In this document: piece after piece, positions 53,298 through 63,539 of the stretch
Numbering within the stretch: position 1 is the first letter of the stretch
Layout of the letters: each line of letters begins with the position of its first letter
NCBI GenBank assembly: GCA_017470995.1
Contig: JAFUXI010000066.1
Span: forward strand, 5,129-69,128
Length of the DNA stretch: 64,000 nt
Direction of reading: 5' to 3'
From: Spirochaetales bacterium
GTDB lineage: Bacteria > Spirochaetota > Spirochaetia > Sphaerochaetales > Sphaerochaetaceae
Notes under the pieces: model-generated
Told to the model about the DNA's origin: nothing
Database searches by the model: none
The model's input: the letters and a program-made list of their open reading frames with translations, nothing else
Translations under genes and position numbers: made by a program

Positions 53298-55611
53298 CGG
53301 TGCGATGGGCACGATGCTTCAGAGCCTTGGGCTCGGAATCGGAGAGAAGCCGGAGCTCTTTGCCCTCAGAAATCCAGAGGCGGTACTCTCCGTCCAGAAG
53401 GACTATGTGAAAGCCGGAAGCGATGTTCTCTACTCCAATACCTTCGGGGCAAACCGAAAGAAGCTGGAAGGCACGGGCATAAGCGTTGAAGAAGCAATCA
53501 GAACCAACATAAGAATAGCAAGACAGGCCGCAGAGTCGGCAGAAAGAAAAATCAAGGTAGCACTGGACGTAGGACCGATCGGCGAGCTCATGGAGCCGCT
53601 TGGAATCCTGTCCTTCGACGAAGCCTATGACATCTTCAGACAGATGGCAGTCTGCGGAGAGCAATCCGGAGCGGATCTGGTAGTCTATGAGACCTTCACG
53701 GACCTTCAGGAGCTCAGGGCCGCGGTGCTTGCCGCAAGGGAGAACACCGCCCTTCCTGTCTGGACTACGATGAGCTTCGAGGAGAACGGAAGGACCTTTA
53801 CCGGAACGGATCTTCAGAGCATGGCAATGACTCTCGATGCCCTTGGCGTGGATGCCATGGGAATCAACTGCTCCTTGGGTCCCGCTGAGATTCTGCCTCT
53901 TATGCAGAGGCTCAGAAGTTACACCGACAAACCCCTGATCGCCAAGCCCAATGCAGGTCTGCCCGATCCCAAAACAGGTGCCTATTTTATCAGTCCAGTT
54001 GAGTTTTCTGAAGGTATGTCCAAAATATCGGACATCGGAGTTGAGATACTAGGCGGCTGCTGCGGTACCACCCCGGCCTTCATAAAGGCACTGAAAAGCA
54101 CCACGACAGAAACAGAAAGACACCCGGAAACAGCAAGGATTTCAGGCGTCTGCTCCGCAGCAAAAGCCGTGTCGTTCGACAAGATCAACGTAATCGGTGA
54201 GCGCATCAATCCCACCGGAAAGAAGAAGCTCAGAACAGCCCTGGCCGCCCGCGACATGGACTATGTAAAAAAGCTTGCCATGGAGCAGGCACAGGCCGGA
54301 GCTGCGGTTCTGGACATCAACGTCGGTGTTCCCGACTGCGATGAGGCAGCGCTGATGAAAGAGGTTGTCCAGGCTGTCCAGAGCGTGGTGGATCTTCCGC
54401 TTATGATAGACTCATCGGATCCCGGGGCGATTGAGGCAGGACTCAGGTACTTCTGCGGCAAGGCCATCGTGAACTCGGTCAATGCAGAGGATGCAAAGCT
54501 TGAATCCGTTCTTCCTATTGCCAGGAAGTACGGGGCGGCCGTCGTAGGTCTTGCAATGGACAAGGCCCTGCCCTCCACCGTAGAAGAGCGCATGCAGCAT
54601 GCCCGGAAAATCCTGAAGAAAACAACCGAAGCCGGAATCCGCAAAGAGGATCTGATAATCGATGCGCTGACTCTTACGATCTCTGCCCAGCAGGACCAGG
54701 CCGGAAACACGCTTGAGGCAGTAAGAAGAATAACCGGAGAGCTGGGTCTTCATGCAACGCTCGGAGTAAGCAACGTAGCCTTCGGTCTTCCGCAGAGAAA
54801 CCGCATTGCCGCAAGCTTTCTGACCATGGCCCTTCAGAACGGTCTGGATCTTCCGATTCTCAACCCCAACGACCAGGTCATGATGGATGCTCTTGCCACC
54901 TACAAGGCCCTCAGCGGAGAAGACAGGGACTGTGAGAACTACATAGAGCGCTTCTCGCAATCCGAAGAAGAAAAACCGCAGACTCCAAAGAGCACTGAGA
55001 TGACTTTGGAGGAGGCAATTCTAAAGGGGCTGGGCAACGAGGCAAGGCTTGCAACCGAAAAACTGCTGGAAACAACGGAGCCCATGGAGATCATAGACAA
55101 ATACCTGATTCCCGCCCTTGACAGGGTCGGAGACCTCTATGAAAGCCAGAAGCTCTTTCTGTCGCAGCTGATCAATGCGGCAAATGCCGCGGGCAAGGGT
55201 TTTGACCTTCTGAAGTCCAGGATGAAGAAAAGCGCATCTCAGAACAAGGGCAAGATCATAATCGCCACTGTCGAGGGCGATATCCATGACATAGGAAAGA
55301 ACATAGTCAAGGTGGTTCTCGAGAACTACGGCTATCAGGTCATTGATCTGGGCAAGGATGTTCCCGTACAGACGGTGGTAAAGCGCACCATCGAGGAAGA
55401 TGCACATCTGGTTGCCCTATCGGCGCTGATGACTACGACCGTTCAGTCCATGAAGCGCACCATCGAGGCCCTGAAGGAATCGGGCCACAAGTGCGTGACG
55501 ATGGTCGGCGGTGCCGTGCTTACCGAGGAATATGCAATGGCCATCGGAGCCGACTACTACTCCAAGGACCCCAAGCAGAGCGCCGACATCGCAAGGAGGG
55601 TCCTGGGATGA
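53278..55611 (+). CDS. metH: cobalamin-dependent methionine synthase lacking the activation domain
   Basis: Hcy-binding domain (GGCCGTTP), a pterin-binding domain, and a B12-binding DxHxxG motif (EGDIHDIGKNIV). Confidence 0.9.
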   Translation: MAKTILDGAMGTMLQSLGLGIGEKPELFALRNPEAVLSVQKDYVKAGSDVLYSNTFGANRKKLEGTGISVEEAIRTNIRIARQAAESAERKIKVALDVGPIGELMEPLGILSFDEAYDIFRQMAVCGEQSGADLVVYETFTDLQELRAAVLAARENTALPVWTTMSFEENGRTFTGTDLQSMAMTLDALGVDAMGINCSLGPAEILPLMQRLRSYTDKPLIAKPNAGLPDPKTGAYFISPVEFSEGMSKISDIGVEILGGCCGTTPAFIKALKSTTTETERHPETARISGVCSAAKAVSFDKINVIGERINPTGKKKLRTALAARDMDYVKKLAMEQAQAGAAVLDINVGVPDCDEAALMKEVVQAVQSVVDLPLMIDSSDPGAIEAGLRYFCGKAIVNSVNAEDAKLESVLPIARKYGAAVVGLAMDKALPSTVEERMQHARKILKKTTEAGIRKEDLIIDALTLTISAQQDQAGNTLEAVRRITGELGLHATLGVSNVAFGLPQRNRIAASFLTMALQNGLDLPILNPNDQVMMDALATYKALSGEDRDCENYIERFSQSEEEKPQTPKSTEMTLEEAILKGLGNEARLATEKLLETTEPMEIIDKYLIPALDRVGDLYESQKLFLSQLINAANAAGKGFDLLKSRMKKSASQNKGKIIIATVEGDIHDIGKNIVKVVLENYGYQVIDLGKDVPVQTVVKRTIEEDAHLVALSALMTTTVQSMKRTIEALKESGHKCVTMVGGAVLTEEYAMAIGADYYSKDPKQSADIARRVLG

Positions 55612-57365
55612 AGACGATAAGAGAATACCTGAAAGACAACATCCTTCTCTTCGACGGTGCCATGGGCACCTACCTTGCAACCAAGGACAAGGCTCTGAGA
55701 AACGAGGTGGAATTGTCAAACCTCACCCACCCCGAGAAGATTCTTGAAATCCATAAAGAATACCTTGAAGCCGGTGCAATGGCCCTGACGACAAACACCT
55801 TCGGAGCCAACAGGCAGAACTATCCGGAGAGCTGGGGCAGAATAATCGACGAAGGCTTCAACTTAGCATCAAAGGCCGCCCTTGAAAGCGGTGCCTTCGT
55901 CTTTGCGGATATCGGACCGATAGAGACAGAGGAAACCGAAAACCCGGCTGAAGAATACAGGATGATTGCCGAAAGGTTTCTGAAAAACGGTGCAAAGCAC
56001 TTCATATTCGAAACACAATCGATGTCCGAAGGAATTATCGAAGCTGCAGAATTCATAAGATCTGTTGATGATCAGGCATTCATAATTGCTTCCTTTGCAG
56101 TAATGCCCGACGGCTTTACCAAGGACGGGGAATTTGCCTCCAAGCTGGCAAAGACTATCGGAAGCTGCCCTTACATAGACGCCTTCGGACTCAACTGCAT
56201 GCAGGATGCCCTTCACATGAAGGACCTTGCAAGAACTCTCAGATTCGGGGACAAACTTCTTTGTCTGATGCCCAACGCCGGCTATCCTACGGTTCTGGGT
56301 CGCAGGGTCTTCTATAAGGGAGATCCGACCTTCTTTGCAAGAAACGTCTCCGAGCTTGCTCTTTGCGGCGCACGGATTCTGGGCGGTTGCTGCGGAACAA
56401 CGCCCGAGCATATCAGGCTCCTGAAGGCCGCACTCCCTGCGAAGGCAGAAATCTCGATAACGGTCTCTCAAGATGAGAAGCAGATCACCGACACGGTGAC
56501 CAGTTTGTTCTGGGACAGCCTCAGGGACAAGAAGAAAAAGACTATTGCCGTCGAGCTGGACCCGCCGGAGAATGCATCATTGGAAAAGTTCATGGACGGA
56601 GCCAGAAGGCTTCAGAAAGCCAATGTGGATGCAATCACGGTCGCAGACTGCCCCATCGGAAGGGCCAGGATGGACTCAAGCCTGCTTTCCTGCAAGATCA
56701 GGCGCGAGCTTGACATTGATGTGCTGCCCCATCTGACTTGCCGAGACCGCAACCTGAACGCAACCAAGGCCCTTCTTCTGGGCCTCTATGCAGAACGGGT
56801 ACGCAACGTTCTTCTGGTAACCGGAGACCCGGTTCCGTCGGCCCAGAGGGACGAGGTAAGAAGCGTCTACCAGTTCAACTCAAGAAAGCTCTCGGCCTTC
56901 GTGGATGAGCTGGGACGTCAGGTCCTGGGCGGAGGCTTTCACATCTTCGGGGCCCTGAACGTCAATGCCAGGAACTTCGATGTGCAGCTGAAGCTGGCAC
57001 AGCAGAAGATAGACAACGGGATGACGGGCTTTCTCACTCAGCCGGTTCTTTCCGACAGCGCCATGGAGAACCTTGAAAAGGCAAGAAAGACTCTGGATGC
57101 CTACATCCTGGGCGGCCTGATTCCCATTGTCAGCGAGCGCAATGCCCGCTACATGGACAGCGTTGTAAACGGCATGAAGGTGGATCCGAAGATCATCGAA
57201 GCATACGAGGGCAAGGACAGGGCCCAATCGGAGATCCTAGCGGAAAAGTTCACAGTAAAGATTGCAAGTGAGATGGCGGACCTTGTAGACGGCTTCTATC
57301 TGGTCACTCCCTTCTCAAGGATTTCCCTGATGGAACGCATAATCTCCCAAATCCAGGCTTTGTAA
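55608..57365 (+). CDS. bifunctional homocysteine S-methyltransferase / methylenetetrahydrofolate reductase (YitJ-like)
   Basis: Start at ATG 55608 (ATGA overlap with metH). N-terminal Hcy-MT domain (GGCCGTTPEHI) and C-terminal MTHFR-like domain (LPHLTCRD). Confidence 0.85.
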   Translation: MKTIREYLKDNILLFDGAMGTYLATKDKALRNEVELSNLTHPEKILEIHKEYLEAGAMALTTNTFGANRQNYPESWGRIIDEGFNLASKAALESGAFVFADIGPIETEETENPAEEYRMIAERFLKNGAKHFIFETQSMSEGIIEAAEFIRSVDDQAFIIASFAVMPDGFTKDGEFASKLAKTIGSCPYIDAFGLNCMQDALHMKDLARTLRFGDKLLCLMPNAGYPTVLGRRVFYKGDPTFFARNVSELALCGARILGGCCGTTPEHIRLLKAALPAKAEISITVSQDEKQITDTVTSLFWDSLRDKKKKTIAVELDPPENASLEKFMDGARRLQKANVDAITVADCPIGRARMDSSLLSCKIRRELDIDVLPHLTCRDRNLNATKALLLGLYAERVRNVLLVTGDPVPSAQRDEVRSVYQFNSRKLSAFVDELGRQVLGGGFHIFGALNVNARNFDVQLKLAQQKIDNGMTGFLTQPVLSDSAMENLEKARKTLDAYILGGLIPIVSERNARYMDSVVNGMKVDPKIIEAYEGKDRAQSEILAEKFTVKIASEMADLVDGFYLVTPFSRISLMERIISQIQAL

Positions 57366-57396
57366 AGAAAAACGGCTCCCGAAGGAGCCGCTTTCA
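57365..57396. terminator. bidirectional rho-independent terminator
   Basis: CGGCTCC-CGAA-GGAGCCG, flanked by an A-run upstream and CTTTC downstream. Serves the convergent met operon and the rubredoxin gene. Confidence 0.75.
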
Positions 57397-57507
57397 CTCA
57401 TAATCACCTATACCTGCCAAATCATTGAATCCGAAGCAAAACCGCTTTGAAACGAGGCGACATACCTTTCTGGTAGGCGCCGAGATGAAACGCGGTTTTG
57501 AGAAGGA

Positions 57508-57666
57508 TTATGCTTTGGAGAACATGTCCTTACCGACACCGCAGACTGGACATACCCAATCCTCGGGAAGGTCTTCGAATGCTGTTCCCGGGGCGATTCC
57601 GTTGTCGGGGTCGCCTACTGCGGGATCATACTCATAACCGCATGCATCACAGACGTATTTATCCAT
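57508..57666 (-). CDS. rubredoxin
   Basis: Start trimmed to ATG 57666 (RBS AAGGAG). [15 protein letters not shown]...[13 protein letters not shown], 52 aa. Confidence 0.9.
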   Translation of the reverse strand: MDKYVCDACGYEYDPAVGDPDNGIAPGTAFEDLPEDWVCPVCGVGKDMFSKA

Positions 57667-57668
57667 TG

Positions 57669-58046
57669 TCAGATCTCCTTCTTCCACAGACCGTGGAGGT
57701 TGCAATATTCATAGACGGCCACAGGCTCGTCTCCGGGGGCGACGAGGAACTCTGCCTTGGGCTCCTGACCCGGCTTGAGATCCTGCTTCTGATATCCTTT
57801 CTTCGTTTCGAGGATGATGAACTGAATGTAGTGTGCATCAAGCATGGGATGGGCGACAGATCCGACCTGGACCTTCACCAGATTACCTTCGACTGCAACC
57901 TCGGGGACATGTTTCTCCCTGGCGGCATCGACTGTGTTGGCGACAATTTCCTCCATCTTGACTCCGCAGCACATGGGTGTGCAGGCAGCCTTCTCTGTGA
58001 GGAATGTTACGAAATTCCCGCAATGGGCGCATTTGTAGAAAAGCAT
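57669..58046 (-). CDS. dfx: desulfoferrodoxin (class I superoxide reductase)
   Basis: N-terminal desulforedoxin-type cysteines (CAHCGN...CC) and SOR centre EKHVPEV...CNLHGLW. RBS AAGGAGG. Confidence 0.9.
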   Translation of the reverse strand: MLFYKCAHCGNFVTFLTEKAACTPMCCGVKMEEIVANTVDAAREKHVPEVAVEGNLVKVQVGSVAHPMLDAHYIQFIILETKKGYQKQDLKPGQEPKAEFLVAPGDEPVAVYEYCNLHGLWKKEI

Positions 58047-58235
58047 ATGCTCCTCCTTAGAGCTGATACATCTAATTTAGCACATTAATGCCGAAAGGCA
58101 ATATCTCAGACGACCATTGTGAGGACATTCAGGCCCAGCATGTTCTGGTACTGCATCGATTTTGCGATGCCCGAGATAACTCCGCTTCCGCTGCTGTAGC
58201 CGAGCCTGAGCGTCCTTTCCATTACGCCCTCTTGT

Positions 58236-60602
58236 TCAGTTCTCCATAATCACTTCGATATTGCCCTTCTCCAGTTCCTTCAACGGAACAAAGACGCTCT
58301 TGCCTTTCTCGATGTGAGACGGGTTCTTGACCGTGATATGGAGCTTCTTTCCGCGGAAGATACGGTCCATCTCAAAACCGTCCCAGGAGGCAGGGATACA
58401 CGGGTCAATGATCAGACCGTCATAGGTCGGTCTTACGCCGAGGATGTAATGGGTTGCAGCAAAGTATGCCCAGCCTGCCGATCCGGTCAGCCATGGGTGT
58501 CTTGCACGACCGTAGGCGGTGTGGTCACGGCCCATGATGAACTGGCAGTAGGTGTAAGGCTCGCTCTGGCGGACCTCGATCTTGTCGTTCTGTCTTGCCG
58601 GGCACAGTGAGTCATAGAACCTCATGGCAGTCTCGCCCTGCCCGATCTTGGCTGCGGCAACCCATGCCCAGGGATTGGGATGGCTGAAGATGGCTCCGTT
58701 TTCCTTGATGCCCTTGTAGACTCTGGTGATGAAGCCCACCTCATCGTCCGGCGTGCCGTAGCTGGGGGCATTGAGATGGATTCCCCACTCGCCCCACAGG
58801 TACTTGTCGATGGCCTCGACCGCCTTTCTGGCATGCTCGCCGGTTGCAAGACCGCTGCATACTGCCCAGGAATTGGACTCAAGATGAACCTTGCCTTCCT
58901 TGTTGGTGTGCGTTCCGATCTTCTTTCCGCTCTTGGTAAAGCCTCTGATGTACCAGTCTCCGTCCCACAGCTCCTTCTCGCAGGCCTTTCTGACCTTTTC
59001 CTGCATCTGCTTGTAGTAAGGAACCTTCTCGGTTGCACCGCAGTGCTCAAGAAGATCAATGAACTCATCTATTGCCCAATAGTGCAGGAACGACACAAGT
59101 GCGCTTTCACCTCCGCCGAGGTTCAGACAGTCGTTCCAGTCGGCTCTCAGGCCAAGGCAGATTCCGTGGCTTCCGATCTGCTTTGCACTGAACTCCAGAA
59201 TCTTCTCCATGTGCTCAAGCACCGTACCCTGCCCGCCGTCGGCATAGCCGAAGACCTCCGAGAGGAAGCTCATGTCGCCAGTCTCGCGGATGAACTCACA
59301 GATGGAAGGAACAAGCCAGAGAGCATCGTCGCTGCAGGTATCCTTCAGACCGTGGACCATGCTAGATGCCTCGGGTGTGGGCTTGACGGTCGGGCTCTTG
59401 AACGCAGCTACCTTCGGTGCATCCGGATCGAAGACTTCAGGGCTGAAGAGGTGAAGGCCGTAGCCTGTTGAAGTAAGACCGCGCAAAAGCTGGACTATAC
59501 GTTTTCTGCACTGAGAGGGATTTGAAGGAATGACGCACATTGCATCCTGTGCCGTGTCGCGGTACCCCAGTCCGGTTCTTCCGCCGACCTCGATGAATGA
59601 GGCAAAACGGGAAAAGACCACGTTGGTCTCGCTCTGGTAGAGATTCCATGTGTTGAGCATGGTATCCATGTCTGCATTGGGGGTCTTGACCTGCAGGGTG
59701 TCGGTCTTGGCTTTCCAGTAAGCGCAAAGCTCATCAAATGCCTTATCTACGGCAGAACTTGAAGAAAAGAATGCTTTCTCTTCTTTTCCGGCCATCAGAT
59801 CACCTACTCCGAGTATGAAAACGAACCTCTTTTCCTCGCCCGGATTGAGAACGAATTCCTTTGACAGGGCTCCGCACTGGTTGTTGCCCAGCTCCGTGCT
59901 TGAAGACAGCTTTCCGGTCTGTACTCCTATCGGATTGCTCTCGGTGTGGTAGACACCGATGAAAGAGTCGCGCACGCAGTCGAAGCCGGAAGGCTCGAAG
60001 TCGGATGTGAAGTAATGGTACATGGTCGGGTTGTAGAAGTTGTCGCACTCGATCACGCCGTCTTGGTATCTTGAGCCGCTGCAGTACATGCTCATCTGGA
60101 AGTTCTGGTTGTCGATCTCGATGATGTTGAAGCTGAACTCGAGGTATCCGAAAACAGAGAGCTTACGGACATCGGATCCGGTATTCTTCACGCGAACATC
60201 CCAGATTTCGCTCTTATGTCCGCGCGGGATGAAAAGCTTCTGGGAGGCTTCGATACCGCGGTACTTGCACTCGAAGATCGAATAGGACAATCCGTGGCGG
60301 GTGCGATAGGTTGCAGAAAAAAGGTCTTTACCCACCGGCTGCCAGGAGATGCTCCAATAGTCGCCGTCGCTGTTGTCGCGAAGATAAACATAGTGACCCG
60401 GTCTGTCCAATGGTACCGCATTTGCCCTGAAGCGGGTGATGCGGTGGGTCTCCGGGTCTCCGGAGAACATGTATCCGCCTGCATTGTGCGAGATAACAGT
60501 TCCGGTATCCTCGGTTCCGAGGTAGTTGGTCCACGACACCGGCACATCGGGCCTGGTGACTACATACTCTTTTCTCTCGTTGTCAAAATATCCGTACTTC
60601 AT
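58236..60602 (-). CDS. GH94 glycoside phosphorylase (cellobiose / N,N'-diacetylchitobiose phosphorylase family)
   Basis: MKYGYFDNERKEYVVTRPDVPVSWTNYLGTE...HNAGGY...RPGHYVYLRD..GDYWSISWQP. 788 aa. Confidence 0.9.
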   Translation of the reverse strand: MKYGYFDNERKEYVVTRPDVPVSWTNYLGTEDTGTVISHNAGGYMFSGDPETHRITRFRANAVPLDRPGHYVYLRDNSDGDYWSISWQPVGKDLFSATYRTRHGLSYSIFECKYRGIEASQKLFIPRGHKSEIWDVRVKNTGSDVRKLSVFGYLEFSFNIIEIDNQNFQMSMYCSGSRYQDGVIECDNFYNPTMYHYFTSDFEPSGFDCVRDSFIGVYHTESNPIGVQTGKLSSSTELGNNQCGALSKEFVLNPGEEKRFVFILGVGDLMAGKEEKAFFSSSSAVDKAFDELCAYWKAKTDTLQVKTPNADMDTMLNTWNLYQSETNVVFSRFASFIEVGGRTGLGYRDTAQDAMCVIPSNPSQCRKRIVQLLRGLTSTGYGLHLFSPEVFDPDAPKVAAFKSPTVKPTPEASSMVHGLKDTCSDDALWLVPSICEFIRETGDMSFLSEVFGYADGGQGTVLEHMEKILEFSAKQIGSHGICLGLRADWNDCLNLGGGESALVSFLHYWAIDEFIDLLEHCGATEKVPYYKQMQEKVRKACEKELWDGDWYIRGFTKSGKKIGTHTNKEGKVHLESNSWAVCSGLATGEHARKAVEAIDKYLWGEWGIHLNAPSYGTPDDEVGFITRVYKGIKENGAIFSHPNPWAWVAAAKIGQGETAMRFYDSLCPARQNDKIEVRQSEPYTYCQFIMGRDHTAYGRARHPWLTGSAGWAYFAATHYILGVRPTYDGLIIDPCIPASWDGFEMDRIFRGKKLHITVKNPSHIEKGKSVFVPLKELEKGNIEVIMEN

Positions 60603-61072
60603 AGTCCTATAAAATCCCTGTAAGCACCGGGAGTGCTTCCTTCAATCATCTTCGCGCCGCAGACCTTTTCATAGAAGGCGGCAGGTCCGACACCTCCGAT
60701 TATCGCATAGGCATAGCCTTCATCGCGCATGGACCAGAGGGCCGACAGCAACAGTGCCGCCCCTACTCCCTTTCCCCTGCAGGACTCGTCGACCGCAGTG
60801 GGGCCGAAGAAATCTCGCATGGTGGCATCGTAGCAGGCAAAGCCGAGAAGTTTGCCTCCCTTTTCTGCCACAAGGCAGCTGACCGGCTGGTGTGAGAAGC
60901 AGACGGTACACTCGCCTTTCCAGCTGGTGCCGAAGTTCTTCTCAACATAGTCCAGAATACCGTAGAGATCCGGGGCCATAGCCCTTCTGATGTTGATTCC
61001 CTCGCCCTCCAGACGCCTGATCAGATCATCGCAGTCGGGAAGATCGTAGAGATTCACTAACATGTCAGCCAT
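60599..61072 (-). CDS. GNAT family N-acetyltransferase
   Basis: Start trimmed to ATG 61072. Motif A CRGKGVGAALL. Overlaps both neighbours (ATGA at 60599-60602, ATGGCTGA at 61065-61072). Confidence 0.8.
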   Translation of the reverse strand: MADMLVNLYDLPDCDDLIRRLEGEGINIRRAMAPDLYGILDYVEKNFGTSWKGECTVCFSHQPVSCLVAEKGGKLLGFACYDATMRDFFGPTAVDESCRGKGVGAALLLSALWSMRDEGYAYAIIGGVGPAAFYEKVCGAKMIEGSTPGAYRDFIGL

Positions 61073-63539
61073 TATCACAACCTCCGTCAGAGAAACTAGA
61101 ATACAGATCGCGGATGCACAGGGAAGAAGAAAAATCCTCCAGAGAGACATCCTCATTACAGTAGAAATGTACCACCCTCCTGCCGTTGAGGGTAAAGAAA
61201 TCGTCATCGAATCTGCCGCAAACCGAAGAGGCGTCCAACATCACGTAGAAGGCGGGACGCGACGATGAGATCTCGACATCAAAGCCTCCGGAGACCTCCT
61301 TGATCGAATCTATCCTAAAATCCGGATCGCGGATCAGAGCATCCTTGGGTCTGCAGAGCAAAAGGGTGCTCTCGACTCCTGCAAACGAAGCGCAGGCGAA
61401 GGTCCCCCTTCTGTCCAGAGAAGAAAGATCCAGGACCAAGGCATCGGAGACGGATACGCTCCGTACGCTCAGAGGCATGCGCTCGAGGCGAATTACATTG
61501 CCCTCGAAATCGACGAGGCTGAACAACAGCTCATCTGAAACAGCCTTTCTGCCGTCGTTAGCGACCTTCACGTAGAGCTTGTCGCCTTCGATGTAGATCA
61601 GAGGAGCGGCACAGCTGTAGAAGCGCCTTGCAGCATAATGAAGGGCCTTCCACTTTCCGCTGTACTCGATGCTGGACCAGGACGATACCGGCCAGACGTC
61701 GTTGAGCTGCCAGTAGAGCGTTCCCATGCAGTAAGGCATGAGGCTTCGCCAGTATGTGACTGCAGTCTCTATGGCATAGGCCTGCTGGACCTGACTCAGA
61801 TAGAGCGTTGATGCAAAGTCCTTGGGTGCATTGAAATAACGGGAAAACATCTCCTCTATGATGGAGTTGCCCTCGTCGTTTCTCTGATGGTGATCCATCA
61901 CGGCGCTGTGGATGTCGTAGTCCTCGGGAACGGCAAAGGACGAAACCTCGCTTAAGGACGGGAAGCTCTGATAGCCGAACTCAGAGCAGAAGCGCGGGCG
62001 TACATCATGGTAGGCCTCGAAATCTTTTCTCTCATGCCAGACGGTCCAGTAGTGCATGTCCCCGTTTCCGTCACTGTGCCAGTTGTCAGAATAGTCGCCC
62101 GGACCTGCGCACGGACTGGAGGGCCAGTACATCCTGGACGGATCCTCCTCCACCAGGATATGGTCTATCCAGTTCACATAGAGCTTCTCGTAGTCCTTGA
62201 TATAAAGCGGAAGGTTGGCTCTGGTCTCCTCGTACCAGCCCAAAGCCCCGAGGCACTCGTTGTTGCCGCACCAGAGGGCTATGCAGGTTCTGGAAGAAAG
62301 ACGGCGAACCTGATTGCGAAGCTCGGCTTCCACGCTCTGAAGGAACCAGGGTTCTGCCGGGTATGTGGAGCAGCTGAACATAAGATCGTGCCAGATAAGA
62401 ATGCCGTATCTGTCGCAGGCATCGTAGAACTCCTCTTTCTCATACCAGCCGCCTCCCCAGACGCGAAGCATGTTCATGTTGGCCGCGGCAACCGAGGCGA
62501 TGATGCTGTCAAAACGCTCTGCGCTCTGAAGGGCGGGCCTTGCATCAAGCGGTATCCAGTTGGCGCCCTTGCAGAACACATCGAAGCCGTTTACGCACAC
62601 GGTCAGCTCCTTGCCGCCCATGGTACTCTTGTTCTTTACTTCAATGGTTCTAAAGCCTATATTCCTATGTTTTTCAAAGCTATCTACACAAAGTAGGACA
62701 TCATAGAGTTTCTGCTCTCCAAGTCCGTTGGGCCACCAGAGCTCCACGGAAGAATCTGGAACCGCAACGGAGAAAGCAACCGGATTCTCTCCTGAAACCA
62801 GAGAAGCATCAACGCTCATAGAGCATCCTGCCACGGAAGCGCAAACGGAAGCAGAGCAAGATCTGAAAGCCAATACGCGAGCACATACGCAAAGCTCCCA
62901 GCCCGACGCAACCTTCTTGGGAATTGCCGAGAAGGACTTGAGATAGACATCGGAGCATTCGTACAGGACTATGTCCTCGTAGATTCCGATTGTCTGAAGA
63001 CACAATCCCCAGTCCCAGGCAGCATTGCACTGGGCCTTTCTGACCAGGTTGCGGTGCGGGGAGTCATACTTGTACCTTGAACACGGGGACGGATGATCCA
63101 GTGAAGCTGCCCGCTCGATTGCAAGCTTTTCCGAGCTTCTGAAGCGGAACTCGATCGAATTCTCCCCCGAAACAAGGAAGGAAGTCACATCAAGATCGAA
63201 GATCCTGTGCTCGTTGTCAAACGAACTCACGAAACAATCATTTACAAATAAAGAAGCAACGGTATCAACCTTCTCCAGATGGAGGATGTAGTGCTTGGAC
63301 GGATCGTAATCCAAGGAGAAAGAACGGGAGATGTTCCAGTCACTCTTTCCGATGAAGATGGTCTCAAGCTCGTTGCAGCCATAATAAGGATCAGGAACTA
63401 TAGCCTGGTCTATCAGGGCATCCTGCACTGAACCCGGAACGGGCATCGTAAAAGAAGAGCCGTTGACAATACCGTAGTTGTTCTGTTCGACAGTAGTGGC
63501 TACCAGATTCCACTGCCCGTTTAAGGAAATCTTTCTCAC
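61065..63539 (-). CDS. GH2 beta-mannosidase
   Basis: Start set at GTG 63539 (GGAGG 6 nt upstream, GTGA overlap with the upstream stop). ISLNGQWNL...VPGSVQDALIDQAIVPDPYYGCNE, plus CGNNE and WQLND. Confidence 0.85.
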   Translation of the reverse strand: MRKISLNGQWNLVATTVEQNNYGIVNGSSFTMPVPGSVQDALIDQAIVPDPYYGCNELETIFIGKSDWNISRSFSLDYDPSKHYILHLEKVDTVASLFVNDCFVSSFDNEHRIFDLDVTSFLVSGENSIEFRFRSSEKLAIERAASLDHPSPCSRYKYDSPHRNLVRKAQCNAAWDWGLCLQTIGIYEDIVLYECSDVYLKSFSAIPKKVASGWELCVCARVLAFRSCSASVCASVAGCSMSVDASLVSGENPVAFSVAVPDSSVELWWPNGLGEQKLYDVLLCVDSFEKHRNIGFRTIEVKNKSTMGGKELTVCVNGFDVFCKGANWIPLDARPALQSAERFDSIIASVAAANMNMLRVWGGGWYEKEEFYDACDRYGILIWHDLMFSCSTYPAEPWFLQSVEAELRNQVRRLSSRTCIALWCGNNECLGALGWYEETRANLPLYIKDYEKLYVNWIDHILVEEDPSRMYWPSSPCAGPGDYSDNWHSDGNGDMHYWTVWHERKDFEAYHDVRPRFCSEFGYQSFPSLSEVSSFAVPEDYDIHSAVMDHHQRNDEGNSIIEEMFSRYFNAPKDFASTLYLSQVQQAYAIETAVTYWRSLMPYCMGTLYWQLNDVWPVSSWSSIEYSGKWKALHYAARRFYSCAAPLIYIEGDKLYVKVANDGRKAVSDELLFSLVDFEGNVIRLERMPLSVRSVSVSDALVLDLSSLDRRGTFACASFAGVESTLLLCRPKDALIRDPDFRIDSIKEVSGGFDVEISSSRPAFYVMLDASSVCGRFDDDFFTLNGRRVVHFYCNEDVSLEDFSSSLCIRDLYSSFSDGGCDNG

